A stretch of 64,000 nucleotides of DNA from Octopus bimaculoides. Taxonomy: Eukaryota. Every line of letters starts with the position of its first letter. Position 1 is the stretch's first letter. Position numbers and translations under genes: made by a program. Shown here piece after piece: positions 50,288-63,712 of this stretch. The stretch covers positions 36,897,217 through 36,961,216 of the forward strand of contig NC_068982.1 of the NCBI RefSeq assembly GCF_001194135.2, written 5' to 3'. The notes beneath the pieces were generated by a model. It ran no database searches, was not told where the DNA came from, and was given only the letters and a program-made list of their open reading frames with translations.

Positions 50288-50454
50288 GACAATGGACTTC
50301 TTTTAGCTTCTGTCTACCAAATCCACTTATAAGGTTTTGGTTGGCCTGAGGCTATAGTAGAAGACACTTGCCCAAAGTGTCACACAGTGGGACTGAGCCT
50401 GGAACCACACAGTTGAGAAACAAACTTCTTAACCACACAGCTGTGCCTGCACCT
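50048..50454 (-). mobile_element. Full-length tRNA-derived SINE, antisense, starting ~30 nt after the exon 15 donor
   Basis: Reverse complement of the 36822-37227 family from tail (tttactcttttacttgtttcagtc) to head (gcctgcacct). Confidence 0.88.
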
Positions 50455-51733
50455 ATATATGCAATCTGAAAAAGTAAATTTTAATAATTGTATTTCATGT
50501 GGTTTCCATTGTTTCATGTTTAACCTGTAATTGCATTTATGATTTCGTTTTAAAATTTTCTATTTATGTCTGAAAGTTTAAATTATAGCTTTTTCAAAAT
50601 AGTCATTATATTTTATGCTTCTTAAAAACATTTTGCATCAATTTTTTTTTCTATCCTAGCATGAGATGAACTGATTTTCAAAGCAAATAAATTTTTGGAA
50701 CCTGATATTTTGCAGCCAGATTCTCTTCCTAATTTGAATTGTGTAACTATTGAATGGTGTATGACATTTTAGCTGATTGCAAAAAAGCAGGAAAATCTCT
50801 TCCCCAAGAGTACTAACTATGATTTAACCAACCCTCATTCCTACAAATTACTCAGAGCCCACCACTCCAACATATATGATTCTCTTGATCTTTTTCCCAT
50901 GCTTGTGAGGATGGAATGATCTTTTGATTGAACAGTTGTTTTCATGACTGGATGCTCTTACTAACCACTTAAATATGATGCAAAAGGGAACTTGTTTTTC
51001 ATTCAGTCTGGCAAACTAGCATATGCAGAGTTAGGTGCCTTGACCATATACACACCACAATAGCATCATCCTAGTTCATAATGCTTTTGTTACCATATTC
51101 CTGCTGAGATACCCTGCATTTTTAAAATTAATTCTGAAGATAATGAAGGATTTAATAAAGTAACTCATTATTAAGGTGATGTTTCAAACATTACTTCATA
51201 TGGAATTTTATTGGAAGGTTTTAATTTATTTCATTTTAAAAGAAGAGGTTTGTGTCATAGAACCAGGCATTAGGTGCCTTAGGCAGGTTGGTATCAAGAG
51301 GGTTAAATCACTGCCATTCATTATGGTAAATAAAAATTTAAAACCAATTTATTCCCATATGGAAATAGTGAATCCTTTAATGAAATGATTAGCCATAAGA
51401 ACTTGGATTACAGTTAAAACTTCATTGAAGCAGCCATCAAAAAGAGTGTCTAAATTATAAAATTAGCATTCCTGTAATTATCCATTTTTGGAGAGAACTC
51501 TCTCTCCCCTATTTTACATAGATAAACAAGAAATATCTTTTAAGCAGAAATACATTATTTTAAAAATTTTCTCTTCATATGAATGACATTGTAATTTTCT
51601 CAAAACTGTCCATTTTGTGTTACAGCCTTTGTCCTTATAATCTCTATTCGTGTGTTGGAAATATCTTGAGTATATTAGTTTCTGGGGGTTTTTTTCTGCA
51701 ACTAAATCATTCAGATTAATTTTATAATTTTAG

Positions 51734-51834
51734 AATTGATTCAGTCAGAGAAAAATTTTCAAGAAGCTTTAAATAAGAAAATTCAACATGAAGCAAACTG
51801 CTCTGATGCTGAAGAAATTTCAGGAGAGCTTGAG
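51734..51834 (+). CDS. DMD: Dystrophin exon 16 of window (101 nt, phase 1/0)
   Basis: aattttag|AA TTG...CTTGAG|gtaaag; LIQSEKNFQEALNKKIQHEANCSDAEEISGELE. Confidence 0.92.
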
Positions 51835-52455
51835 GTAAAGTGAAAGTTTTATTTTACTCATTAAAATTATTTCACATATATCTTTGAAAATTCATTTGTT
51901 CGTACATTTTACTTCTATTCTTCCATGCTAGCATGGGTTAGATGAATATATTACGGTGGCAGTGTGTTACTGCCAGATGTCCTTGTTGTTAGCATTTGCT
52001 TGTTTTTCAAATATGGGATCATTTATTTCACACATCTTTGAAGGTATGAAGTGAAGTGACAACAGCAACAATGCTTACACTGAGCAGCTTTTATAGAGCC
52101 TAAATGCACACAAACACATGTATATGCACTCATACACGCACATAAACACATTGGGCTTCTTTCAATTTCTCTCTGCCAAATTCATTCACAAGGTTGTGGT
52201 TGGTTTAGAACTAAAACCAAAACCACATATTTGGGACATAAACTTCTTAACTACACAGCCATTTCAAATGTAAATTAATTGATATACCATCCATCAGTAA
52301 GGAATAGTTATTAATTTTAATACTTCTTTTTAAATTAATTGTTTCATTCATACTTGTACACACAGTGTAGGCATGTTTTGAGTTGTTCTTTTAGTGTTAT
52401 GCTTTAATATTTTTCCAATAAATACATTGTATATTTGTATGTATATATATACCAG

Positions 52456-52608
52456 GAATTAGAAAGCTTAATGAGGGATCATCCTAAAGACACAAAGGAA
52501 CGTATCCAACAATTATCTCAGGATCTTATAAACAATAGCATTATGGTAAATCTTGTCAAGGAAGAACTGGCTCAGCTTGAAAATCTTGGTGAATCCATAG
52601 AACATAAG
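52456..52608 (+). CDS. DMD: Dystrophin exon 17 of window (153 nt, phase 0/0), R9 end
   Basis: ataccag|GAATTA...CATAAG|gtaagt; ELESLMRDHPKDTKERIQQLSQDLINNSIMVNLVKEELAQLENLGESIEHK. Confidence 0.94.
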
Positions 52609-52789
52609 GTAAGTGACTGAGATTTAAATTGCTTATATTTAAAAATAAATTTTGATAATTCAGTATCTTTATTACTGACCATTTAATACTTTACATTTTT
52701 ATCAAACATATTAACATAATAATCACTTAAACACTACTAAAATATTGCTGAATTATAATAATGATAAGGATGATGATAATGATAATAAT

Positions 52790-53369
52790 AATAATAATTG
52801 TTTCTAATATAGGCACATGGTTTGAAATTTAGGAGAGTGGGTTTGATTGATTAAATCAATCCCAGTACTTGACTGAAACATTTTATTTTTCTTAACCCTG
52901 AGAGTATGAAAGATAAGTTAACTTTAGTGAAATTTGAACTCAGAATGTATAGAGCTTGAAGAAATCCTATATGGTATTTTCTCCAGTGTTCTAACGATTC
53001 TGATATTCCGTCACCCTCAGTAACAGTTTAAAATATTACTAATTGTTTCTAATTTAAAATAAAAAAAATTTTTTTCAGTTTTTGTTAATTTACTAATTTA
53101 ATGAATGTTTTTTTTTTCCTGATTTTAATAATACAACAATAATAATAATAATAATAATAATTTATACTATAGGCACAAGGCCTGAAATTTTGGGGGTGGG
53201 GTAAGTTGATTACATCGACTCCACTGTGTAACTGGTACTTATTTAATTGACCCCAAAAGAATGAAAGGCAAAGTTGTCCTAGGTGGAATTTGAACTCAAA
53301 ACTTAAAGACAAACGGAATGCTGCCAAACATTTTGCCCAGTGTGCTAGCAATTCTGCCAGCTCACGGCC
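52790..53369 (-). mobile_element. Two tandem tRNA-derived SINEs with (AAT)n tails (~52790-53030, 53138-53369)
   Basis: Second copy has A-box TGGCAGAATTG and B-box-like GAGTTCAAATTCC on the minus strand; family of 1757-2345. Confidence 0.85.
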
Positions 53370-53799
53370 TTAATAATAATAACAGTGACTGTCTCTCTGT
53401 GGTCCGTGTTGTGACTTGACAGATAGTACAAACCCCCCCAGTAGACACAGTATCTTTAATCTACAACATCACAACACTGGATACTGTACAACATCTTCAA
53501 TAACAATAAAAATGATAGTAATAGTCCTTTCTACTATAGGCACAAGAGAATGTACATGAATGAAATATACACTGTTGTTTTTAAAAAAAATGAAAATGTT
53601 AAAGAGAAAAGGTCCTTAATAGCTAGAACCAGACACACACACACACACATTCACTCACACACACACCACACACACACACACACACACAAAGTCCTAGATT
53701 ACTCAAATGTATCATAGGCATTAGAAGTGCTCAGTTTCGTACATTATTGACAATGCATAATCAGCAAGCTCATTTAACTTCATTGATGATACTACTCTC

Positions 53800-56430
53800 T
53801 CCTACATTTCATAAAAGACTGAAAATTAGCATTCCCTTCTCTACTTTCATTTTCCACTTACAGTGGTATTCAAAGTTGTTGTTGAGGACTTTGTCAGAAG
53901 TGGGGGGAAAAAAACTTTATCATTGAAACAATTTAACTGTGTCCACACAACTTCTTTCACCATAACCACCAGACAGAGGATGACCAGTTGCACTTTTCCT
54001 TGCAAAATGAAAGTGGAAGATTGATAGGCATTAGCCACTTCTTCCTGATCTTTCAAGCCCTTTAATTTACAAGCACATTGACTTGTTCTGATTGATATGT
54101 GTTCCTGTAACCTCATGGTATTTTGGTAGTGTCGTATTACCTATGTAGATTTCCAAAGTGTCCAACACTGATGGCGACATGACTTTCACTTGACCCAGTT
54201 GAAATAGGATGTTCATCAATATCTCCAACCACCACAACAATGGCTCCAACAATGCAAAATGGTTCAGAGGAGTAGCTGTTTGGTTTGACTGCCAAACAGA
54301 TGTCACTGTACTTTGCAACAACCCAGCTTCTGAAAATGGGGCTGAAACCAGCTGATCTTAGGGTAGCTGCTTTGTCGAACCTGTTTGTGACCTTTAGGCT
54401 GATCTAAATTGATCACTATTTCATTTAAACCATGTCTATACTAGATTGCTCAGGTTAAAAGTTGTGGTTAGAACTGCCAAGGATTGTGAAAATTTGTGCA
54501 TTTCCAGCTATACTATTAATGACAAGTGCCAACTTTTTGGCAAATACCTTTGCCAAAAGTTTTAACTTTGTGTTTAACAGAGTTATGGACCTGAAATTGT
54601 CTATCATACCCCTCTTGTTTCCATCATTCCTCAACAGTATCACCACCTTTCAGTCCACTTGGCTGGGAATATTTGCAGTCTGTTGCCAATCATAATAGAC
54701 AGCTACCAAGCTGTAGCAAACAAGCATAGCATGCAGCAATGTAAGGTCAATCATTCAGTATTCTCTATTTTGTAATACACAAATCCTAATGATTTGTTCC
54801 TTGCACATTAGTTCAAGTCTGTCTTTCTGTGTGCTGATGAAATCAACCATTTCCAGTTTTACTCCTTGTAAACAGTTTGGTAAAATGCTACTAAAAAATC
54901 ACACACATCTGCTTAGAATTGGATGGCATGTGCCTGCTGTAGTTTGTGCAAGATCAAAATGTAACTTTATCACTGAGTCTCTACTACTCTGGCCTATTAA
55001 ATGGTTCACTTGCCTTTGTATTACTGTACATGCATCCTTTTACAGATAATGCATCCTTCATGCTTTGTGTTTAAGATATAGTTAAAGGTTTTCCTCTCCA
55101 CCAGCACATCATTTATGATACTTTTTCTAGTCAGCTCCTCTTCTCTTCTCTATTGCTACTTCTTTACCAAAAGTAACAAAGCTATCCTGGTTTTGCCTTT
55201 TTGTAGGAGTCACTTATTGCTAATCATCTCCCACCCCCCACTTATGTGTTTTGCTAATATAGTCTCGAAAATGTTTCCATACTGGAAAGGTGTCTTAGCT
55301 TCCATTTGTTCCATTTAAGTTGACTGTACAGATTATGAATTTGTGCTCCATGTTGCCAGCTATTTAAAACTTTGAACAGTCTATGGTAATCTTTGTTCAA
55401 GTTCACATTGACACATTAAGAAAATCAAAATAATAACTGTTGGTACTGCTTGAGTTGGTTTGTACGACTTTTGTACATGCCTCTCCTAAAGCTACACTCA
55501 AACAGCCTGTATGTGCTGTAGATGACATTCTCCCTTTCCAATAATGCTAATGTGTAAGAGGTTCCTAAGAATGTCTTTAACATTTAAAGAAATCTAGCTG
55601 AATGCACCAAAACTGTCAATTATAATATATTTTGTCCTTGTTTGTAGAAATTTCACCAATTCATTGTTCCTCTTCAGAGAACAGTATCATTGAGGAGTTT
55701 GTGCTATTATTGTTGTTTCTGCTGTTGCCATTGTTATAGCTCCTTTTGTTACTGTGGTTGTTGCTATTATGGTCACTGTGATTGTTGATTGCCTGTTGGC
55801 TTATTGGTCTGGCTGCGCTTCATAGTTTTTGTTAGTCCTTGTGCAAACAAAACTTTGGGTTATGAAAGTTAAACATCAGTTTTCCCTGGTGCCTCTTTCT
55901 CAATCCCCCTACTTTCTTCCAGAATTTTTTATGCTTTCTTTGATTCTTGTTCATTCAAGTGATAGCTGGATGTTGTGAGTGGGGACCCTTCTTCATGAGC
56001 CCCTTTGTCTTTGAAGTAGAAGTTGTTGTTGCAGCTGCTGCTGTTTTAGTGGTTGCAGTAGTTGGAAGAAGGCACACAGCTTTTGTCTTCTGCCCTGTGG
56101 GACTCAATGCTTTAAAGTGGTTTGCTTTACTGTAGATGTAACATTTGCATTTCCTGTTCCCAACAACTGCCTGTGTCTATTCATACTCTTTGAAACAGAA
56201 TTATTCAAGGATTTCAGAAAGACTTCCAAGTGTGACCAACTTTTGGAACACAAGTTAAGAGCTAGTCTGAAATCCTATGACGTTTCTATGTTCCTCCACC
56301 ATTGCCACCATGCTAGCTTAAAACATGTAAGGCAGCATGGTATCACACAAATTCCTGGAACATGCACATGGCTTGAGCCACTTATCATCATTCCACACAG
56401 TCTCCTTCTCACTACACACTCCACTTAGAT
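53800..56430 (-). mobile_element. Decayed L1/Tx1-like non-LTR retrotransposon
   Basis: NFRSITLLNTKLKLLAKVFAKKL (~NWRPITLLNTDYKILAKVLANRL) and PLNHFALLEPLL (~PLSPLLFALALEPL) RT remnants; upstream extent uncertain. Confidence 0.6.
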
Positions 56431-56966
56431 TGTCTTCCAGATATTTTTGATTTGTGATGGAGTCACATAGTGCAACTCCCAGGTTTGATGATTGTTGTAC
56501 CTATACAAAATAGTTCTAATTCAGATGCTATTTATTTCCTTAGCCAGAAAGTACCCTCACTTCAGGGTAATAATTTTGCTTTTTTTTTTTAAACGCTTCA
56601 GTCTTGCCCTTGAGGGAATGGGGTATCCTATGACTTGCAGGATGGGCAAATGTGAAGTCCTTTTTTTTTCCTTTTGAGGTTTCATCATTTGTTATTTTGT
56701 TGCATATGGGAGTATAAATTTTCTTATATTTGCATGTCTTTGTAGTTTGTCAATGCATCTGCTTTGGCTGTGATGTTAATGCTTTTATTTGCTATAACAA
56801 GATTAATGACTGTTAGCATGGTGTTGTTGCTGTCCTTATTAAATATTGTAGAGTCATTACCATTTTCACTCTTTGAAGTTACCTCTTTCCTCTCTATCAA
56901 CTTCATCCATCAAGAACATTTTGATGCCAATGTGGGAATCATTTTTTTTTTTTGAAATCTAAGATA

Positions 56967-58008
56967 CAGGGTTTGGACAAAATATTGGAAACACCCTAAA
57001 ATTTCAAACAAATTAATTTTAACATGAGGTAGAACTGCTTTTGGCAGTAATAACAGCTTGAATTCTACAAGGTATGGACTCGTACAAAGTTTGAATTGTT
57101 TCCAAAGGAATTTTTGTCCATTCTTCAGCTAAAACAGTCTCCAGTTCTTGTAGTGATGATGTGAAGGATATTGACTCCTTCTTTGTTTTTCTAAAACGCA
57201 TGATAAATGTTCATTGATATTGGGCTGGCAGATTTCCGAGATATAGCCCCGCAGTTCATCACAGATCTTCCTCCATCTTTAACAGTTGGAAGAAGGCAGT
57301 TTGGGTCAAGTGCTTCTTTTGGCTGTCTCCACATGTATACTCAGCCCGGTGGTTGGAAATAGGGTAAAGGATCACTTGTCTGAGAAAATAACATTCTTCC
57401 ACTGCTCTAGGGACCAATTCTACAGGTTTTTGCTCCACTCTAAATGCTGTGCAATGTTTGTTTTTGAAAGTAGTGGTTTTCTGATTGCAGCCCTCCCATG
57501 AAATCTGGCTTTGTGCAGTTCTCGACAAACAGTTTTTGAGGAAACTGGGTTCTCAAGGTGGTCATTAAGCTCTGCAGTAATTTTGTGAGCTGTACTTTTG
57601 TGTTCCTTTCTAACAATCTGCGTAAGAGTGCGACAGTCCCTATCTGAAAGTTTTGGTTTTCTTCCAGAGTTTTGTTTCGATGAGGAGGTTTTCCCCTCTT
57701 TCTCAAAGGCTTTCGAGACAGTACTTCTTGATACACCAAACATTTTGGCTGCTTTCGTTACGTTAGCACCTGCCATACAAGCACCAACAATTTGACCTCT
57801 TTGAAAGTCCGATAAATCTGTCATTTTGATGACTTTTAATTACCTTTTTCTGATGATATCTGAAAAGAAACAGCAATTTTTTTAGCAAAACATATTAAGC
57901 ACCACTAATAATAAATCAAAAAACATAAAAATAAACAAGCTTTTGATGGTTTTATAGATATTTCAAAATTATGATGCTAGGTGTTTCCATTATTTTGTCC
58001 AACCCCTG
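56967..58008 (-). mobile_element. Tc1-family transposon with both TIRs and TA TSD, internal deletion of the catalytic core (1042 bp)
   Basis: TA|cagggtttggacaaaatattggaaacacc ... ggtgtttccattattttgtccaacccctg|TA (29-bp TIR, 2 mismatches); MTDLSDFQRGQIVGA...FGVSRSTVSK...SGRKPKLSDRD (57824-57420). Confidence 0.96.
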
Positions 58009-58031
58009 TATATATATAAAACAACTATATA

Positions 58032-58620
58032 GCAATCATCATCATTTTAACACTCACTTTTCCATGCTTGCATGGGTCAGATGGAGTTTACTGAAGCAGA
58101 TTTTCTATGTCCAGAGCCCTTCTTGTTACCAACCCACAGCCGTTTCCAAGCAGAGTAATATATCCCCATGACCAGAATGTTTTCACAGAATGTTGGAAAT
58201 GAATAACATTCATTTACAACAATCATATGATGTCAAAGCAAGGAGACAAGCACATGTGTGCATACACACATACACAATGGGTTTTTTTTTCAGTTTCCAT
58301 TCTACCAAATCCACTCATAGGACTTTTGTAGGACTGTGGTAAGCCAGAAACTATAGTAGTAGAAGATACTTGCCCTAGGTGCCACACAGTGGAACTGAAT
58401 CTGAAATCATGTGGCTGGGAAGCAAACTTCTTAATCACGGGGCCATTCCTGCATCATACCATCAACATCATTATCATTTAACATCCATCTTTCATGCTTG
58501 CATGGGTTGGACAGTTGACAGGATCCAACAAACCAGTGGACTGTGTTGAGCTCTATTTGTTCATAGTTTCTACAGCTGGATGTCCTTCCTAATGCCACCT
58601 ATTTTACAGAGGGTAGTGAG
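58032..58620 (-). mobile_element. Cluster of antisense SINE fragments (two families)
   Basis: catcatcattttaac..tttccatgcttgcatgggt tails and cagtttccattctaccaaatccactc...ttgccctaggtgccacacagtggaactgaatc head. Confidence 0.75.
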
Positions 58621-61600
58621 TGTCTTTTGTGACATTGGTACTAATGAAGGTAACCAGGTAACTGAAAAGTTACCCTGTTGGTGTCTTGCTGTAGAGAAGA
58701 TGCATGGCTATCCCACATTATATAAGGAAAGAGTAGCTGGAAAGAAATCTAATGGTTGTGACTTGGAGCGTTAAAATCCACCTCTGAACACAAGTAGTTT
58801 AAAAAATAAATATGCATGTGCACACGCAAAAGCTATACTTATAATCAGAACCTTTATTTCTAGTGACAGCTTTAGGATAGTAAGTATATAGTGTTATTAA
58901 AACATTTTGTTGGAAACAAACTTTCTGTGAGGGAATCCAACCTAAAGAAATGCATATTTGTAAGTCTAGGAATATTGAAGATGTGCATAAATAATGTGAT
59001 TGTGATATAGTTTGAAAATTAAGATGAAAAAAAAAAAAAACATGAAAGCTGAGTTTATACGGTCACACTTAATATAGATACAAATATTATTATCATTAAG
59101 AATATTATAAAAGTATGACAAGAAGCTGAGTTAATATTTTTTCCTTTTTTTATCTGTGTTATGGAAGAAGTACATTACGAACTGAGCTAGAGACAAACAA
59201 AATATATCCAGTATATAAAATTCATATATTTTATTGTTACAATTAAAGGAAGCTTCTCAAATTGTAACTTTTTTTCCCCTTTTTAATGTCCTAACTTTTG
59301 GTGAGAAGATAATTCTATCCTTAATCAATATATCTTGTTCTAACTGATGTGTTTGTTTTCCTTATATTTTGAAACATGATGGTAAACAAGCAGCATTTAG
59401 ATGTTTGTTTTTTAATGCTAGCATTCTTTAGTAATGTATGTTATATGCCATATTTCACAAACCTCTGCCATTGTATATGTGAGACCCAATATTCTTAGGC
59501 CTGATGTATCTTTATTCATCTAAATCATAGAAGTATTTTATAACATGTCCTCATTTGCATTGTAAATATACATGTCTGTCTTCTTGTCCCTTCAGCATGT
59601 ATTAGATAGTGCTTTTTATACTTGTTAGTTTTTTTCTCACTTATACCCAATCATTTCTGTAAGTTAATGACCTGTACCCATGCTCAATCTTCTCCAATTG
59701 CTGAAGTTTCTATTCTAATGTTCTTTACTTTTCTGTATCAGAGAGAAAAACCCTTTATTTCCAAAGCAATTATATTTCTTTAAGACCTTCCATCTCCTAC
59801 CTTAACAAACTTTGGCACTAGCTGTAGCTGCTACATTAAATATCACCTAAATAATAGAATTTATCGTTTGATCACTTTCTGATCTCCAGATAGTGACTAT
59901 TCATACTGTTTCCTATTCTGGTACACTTAGATGTCTAATTTCATGTAAAACCTGCAGACAGTCCTTTACATCATGCGGTTGAGCTTTTGTAGCTTCAGCT
60001 ACTGACTGAAAGCTTAGTTTTTCTCTGTTCACTTTTACATTGTTTGTCTTTAGTTTATGCTTCTCAAGAATTTGTTTTGAAATTCTTTGATTCTGCAATA
60101 AAAACTAATTTTCATAGTATAGAAGTTTTCATGACCATCCAGCTCTGAATTTTATTTTGAAGAGGCCNNNNNNNNNNNNNNNNNNNNNNNNNNNNNNNNN
60201 NNNNNNNNNNNNNNNNNNNNNNNNNNNNNNNNNNNNNNNNNNNNNNNNNNNNNNNNNNNNNNNNNNNNNNNNNNNNNNNNNNNNNNNNNNNNNNNNNNNN
60301 NNNNNNNNNNNNNNNNNNNNNNNNNNNNNNNNNNNNNNNNNNNNNNNNNNNNNNNNNNNNNNNNNNNNNNNNNNNNNNNNNNNNNNNNNNNNNNNNNNNN
60401 NNNNNNNNNNNNNNNNNNNNNNNNNNNNNNNNNNNNNNNNNNNNNNNNNNNNNNNNNNNNNNNNNNNNNNNNNNNNNNNNNNNNNNNNNNNNNNNNNGGG
60501 GGGGGGGGTCAATGTAAATGCTGTTGACTGGTACTTCTTTATTTTTGTAGCAGTTGAGCATATTTCTGCCAAACTAGTTATAAGTAATAATACATCTCAA
60601 GGTGATTTAATTAGCTAAGCAAGTGGCTCCCATTCTGATGCTTTAAATATCTCAGCAACTATGTTTGAAAGTTGGGCATTTCTCTTTCTCTTAATTCCTT
60701 TATGTTATTAATATTTTATCTGTGAATTGATATCTAATTTCTAGACCTGGCTGTAGAATATGCTATTCTTATCCCATTCATTCATTTTACTTAGCAACCT
60801 GTCAATACCTTATTATTTGCACTATAATGAGCAGTAAGAATATGCACATAATACTGGATATATCTTGATTCATACTGAAACATTGCTTTACAGTTCATTT
60901 TATACCACTCATCACTCATGTTTCTTATAGTACTAACAATGGAGAAATTGTTTTGGTTTTATTTCACTATCTAATTTTTGATATAAACTGCTTCCTACAG
61001 TAGCAGAAGTAGCTAGAGAAAAGTGTGTATAAGACACAAGAAGAGAATAAAGAAAAGATTGTGTGTAATGGTGTGTATTGAGGGTACCAAGAAGTGTTAT
61101 TTAAGCAATACAAGGAAACACACGAAGATCAGCTCCTTATAATATCCATTTTACACAATAAAAAGACATGGGAAGGAAGGCAAATAGTTGAAAAAAAATT
61201 TTGAGTGGCCTTATAAACTAATATATAAGAATATTTATTCCATTTTTTGATGAGAATGGTGGTTTTATCTGTCTCTGTAAGAAATACATGTGTACAGATA
61301 TTTCACTAGATATTCTTTGATACAATATTAATCTGAAGAGGAATCCTCTTAAAACCTGTAAAATTTTTACTGAACTTTTTTCGAATGCTTGTCATCCATG
61401 CAAACTTCTTTATAAGTAAAGAGTAATTACAATTTCATCATATCCTCTTCTCCTGTGTCATCAATTTGCTTGCTTTGTATGTGAGTACAGAATGGAATGA
61501 ATACATCAGAAGAATAGTTTATTTCTATTTATCTTTCCTCTATATTTTACATACTGTAAAGCATAAAGCTGTCTTAGACCAAATCTATCTATCAATCAAC

Positions 61601-63712
61601 TTGTCTGTCTTGGTAACTATAAGTTTCAGCTTTCAAAATTCTTTCGTCTAATTTGTTGTATTCAAACCAACAAACGTCCTTTATGCATGCAATAATTAGT
61701 GGCTCTAATGTCTACAATTCTTGTTCTGCTACTTCTCTGTAGCTTCTCAAGTTGGTGTTGTTTATCTGTCAAATCATACTTTTTGCCTCTTGAATCTTCT
61801 GCTATTTTGCTAGAATTCACTGCTATACATCATTACATCCCAGGCAGGCAAACATACTTCCTTGTTTTGCTTTTCAATATGTAGAATTCTTAATTTTTTA
61901 GGACAATATTTAGATCAGGCAACAGACTTTATCTAACAAAATAGGAGTTTTCACAGAATGCTAACCCATGCAATATGTTCTACATAATGTAGTTAACTAA
62001 AGAATTCACCTGAAATGTTGTTAATTATTTGTTACATTGACAACTCAATATTTTACTCATTATCATGGCTTTTTTTCTTCTCTGTATTCAATATATCCAA
62101 TGAAGGAGCTAATCTAAGGCTGCTTGGCCTGCAAAAAATAGGAATGCTTTTGATGAAAGGCTTACTTGATCAAAGTTGACTTGGGACAAAACAATAACAA
62201 TTATATATAGTTATTTTTCTCATGCTTTATAAGTGATCTAAATCTGTTGTTGGCATTAATATAAAAAAAAATTGGTAGAACAAGCATGCTTCCACCTTGT
62301 TAGCTATTACCTGATTTTTATTTCAAGCTGAAGTCATCTTCCTTCATTTATGTTAGGTAATTCAGAGTTGTTGGACAAGTGACTTGATCTGAGACCATGC
62401 ATTGATACTGAAGCAGTTACATTGTGAAAGAGCCATTTTAGCTATCTGGTGGCGAGGAAGCTGTTATATTGATTTTTCATATATTTCTTGGTGTGTCAGT
62501 GACCAGGTCACATAACCACACCCTGGTCTCTGACAGTTCTACTGCAGCTGTTTGACACATAATTACTGGCAAGGTCTTATGGGCTTGTTTTTTTTTTGTT
62601 TTTTTTTTATCTCTCTGTTGTTGAAGTTAGGCATATATTGGTTTGTTGTGTAGATATTACTTGATCTCTTGACACTAGTTGTGATCAGTCTCTTTCAGGT
62701 TCCATTCTTTTGTCTGTTTACAAACTAATATATATCATTATCACCATTCTGCAGCTCTTTCTTTCAGAATTACTTTATACGTATGCATAGTGGGTGGAGG
62801 TAAGTAAAAATAAAAAGCTATCATGACAAATGAGGGAGAAAGAAAGAAAGAAGTTAAAAAGAGGTAGAATAATGATATATACAAACTAGGGTCTAAAATG
62901 ATGAAAGAATGAAATCTGGGAGTTACTAACAAATGATTGGCATTAAGTGGTTAACCATTGATAAAAAAAAACAAACAACACTCCCTGAGGTCTATAAGAA
63001 CTTGCCAGTAAATAAGTTTCAACTATATCAGTGGTTTCAGTAGTGATGAAAATTTTGATACCACAAGAAACAAATGAAGGAGAATATAACAATTTTTGTG
63101 TGCTTTTTAGATGGTTTAAATGAATCTTTCATGATGCAGTTGCTTAAATTAGCAATTTTTTTAAGAAGGGCAAGAATATTATGCAATCCTATTTTCCCTG
63201 TTAGGCATCAAGCCAATGTAAGAAATTAATATTCACATGAAATTGAAAGGGACATTTATTTTAAATTAAAAATCCAGTTATCTTTATACAACAGCATAAA
63301 GGTGACAGGGCAAGGGCAAAATATATTCTCCACTTTTAAACATGTTTAACAATATTGTCGGCAGCCAATTCCATACACAGTGGTTGTAGAATGAAAAACA
63401 AGACAAAAAAACTTTCAAATGGTGTAGTTTTTTTTATCTTGTTACATAATCTTAGGATAACTATTGGCTAGAATGAAACTAATAAAGCCTGAATTTCAAA
63501 ACTAATAGTGACAAATTTTAGATAAAAGATTACAATATCAAGCTGTTTTATACTTAAAAAAAAAATGTTTTACAAATATTAAATCATTTTCTTTCTATTT
63601 TATTATATAAGGTTTATGCATTTTTAACTTTTGTGAGACAATTTTATTGAAAGACAAAGTATTTAGTTAAGGTGATTTCTGCAACTATCATTGAATAATG
63701 GCATGTTTGTAG

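Noticed and set aside
57420-57824. Active Tc1 transposase
   Set aside because: Stops after 134 aa and the DDE core is deleted downstream.
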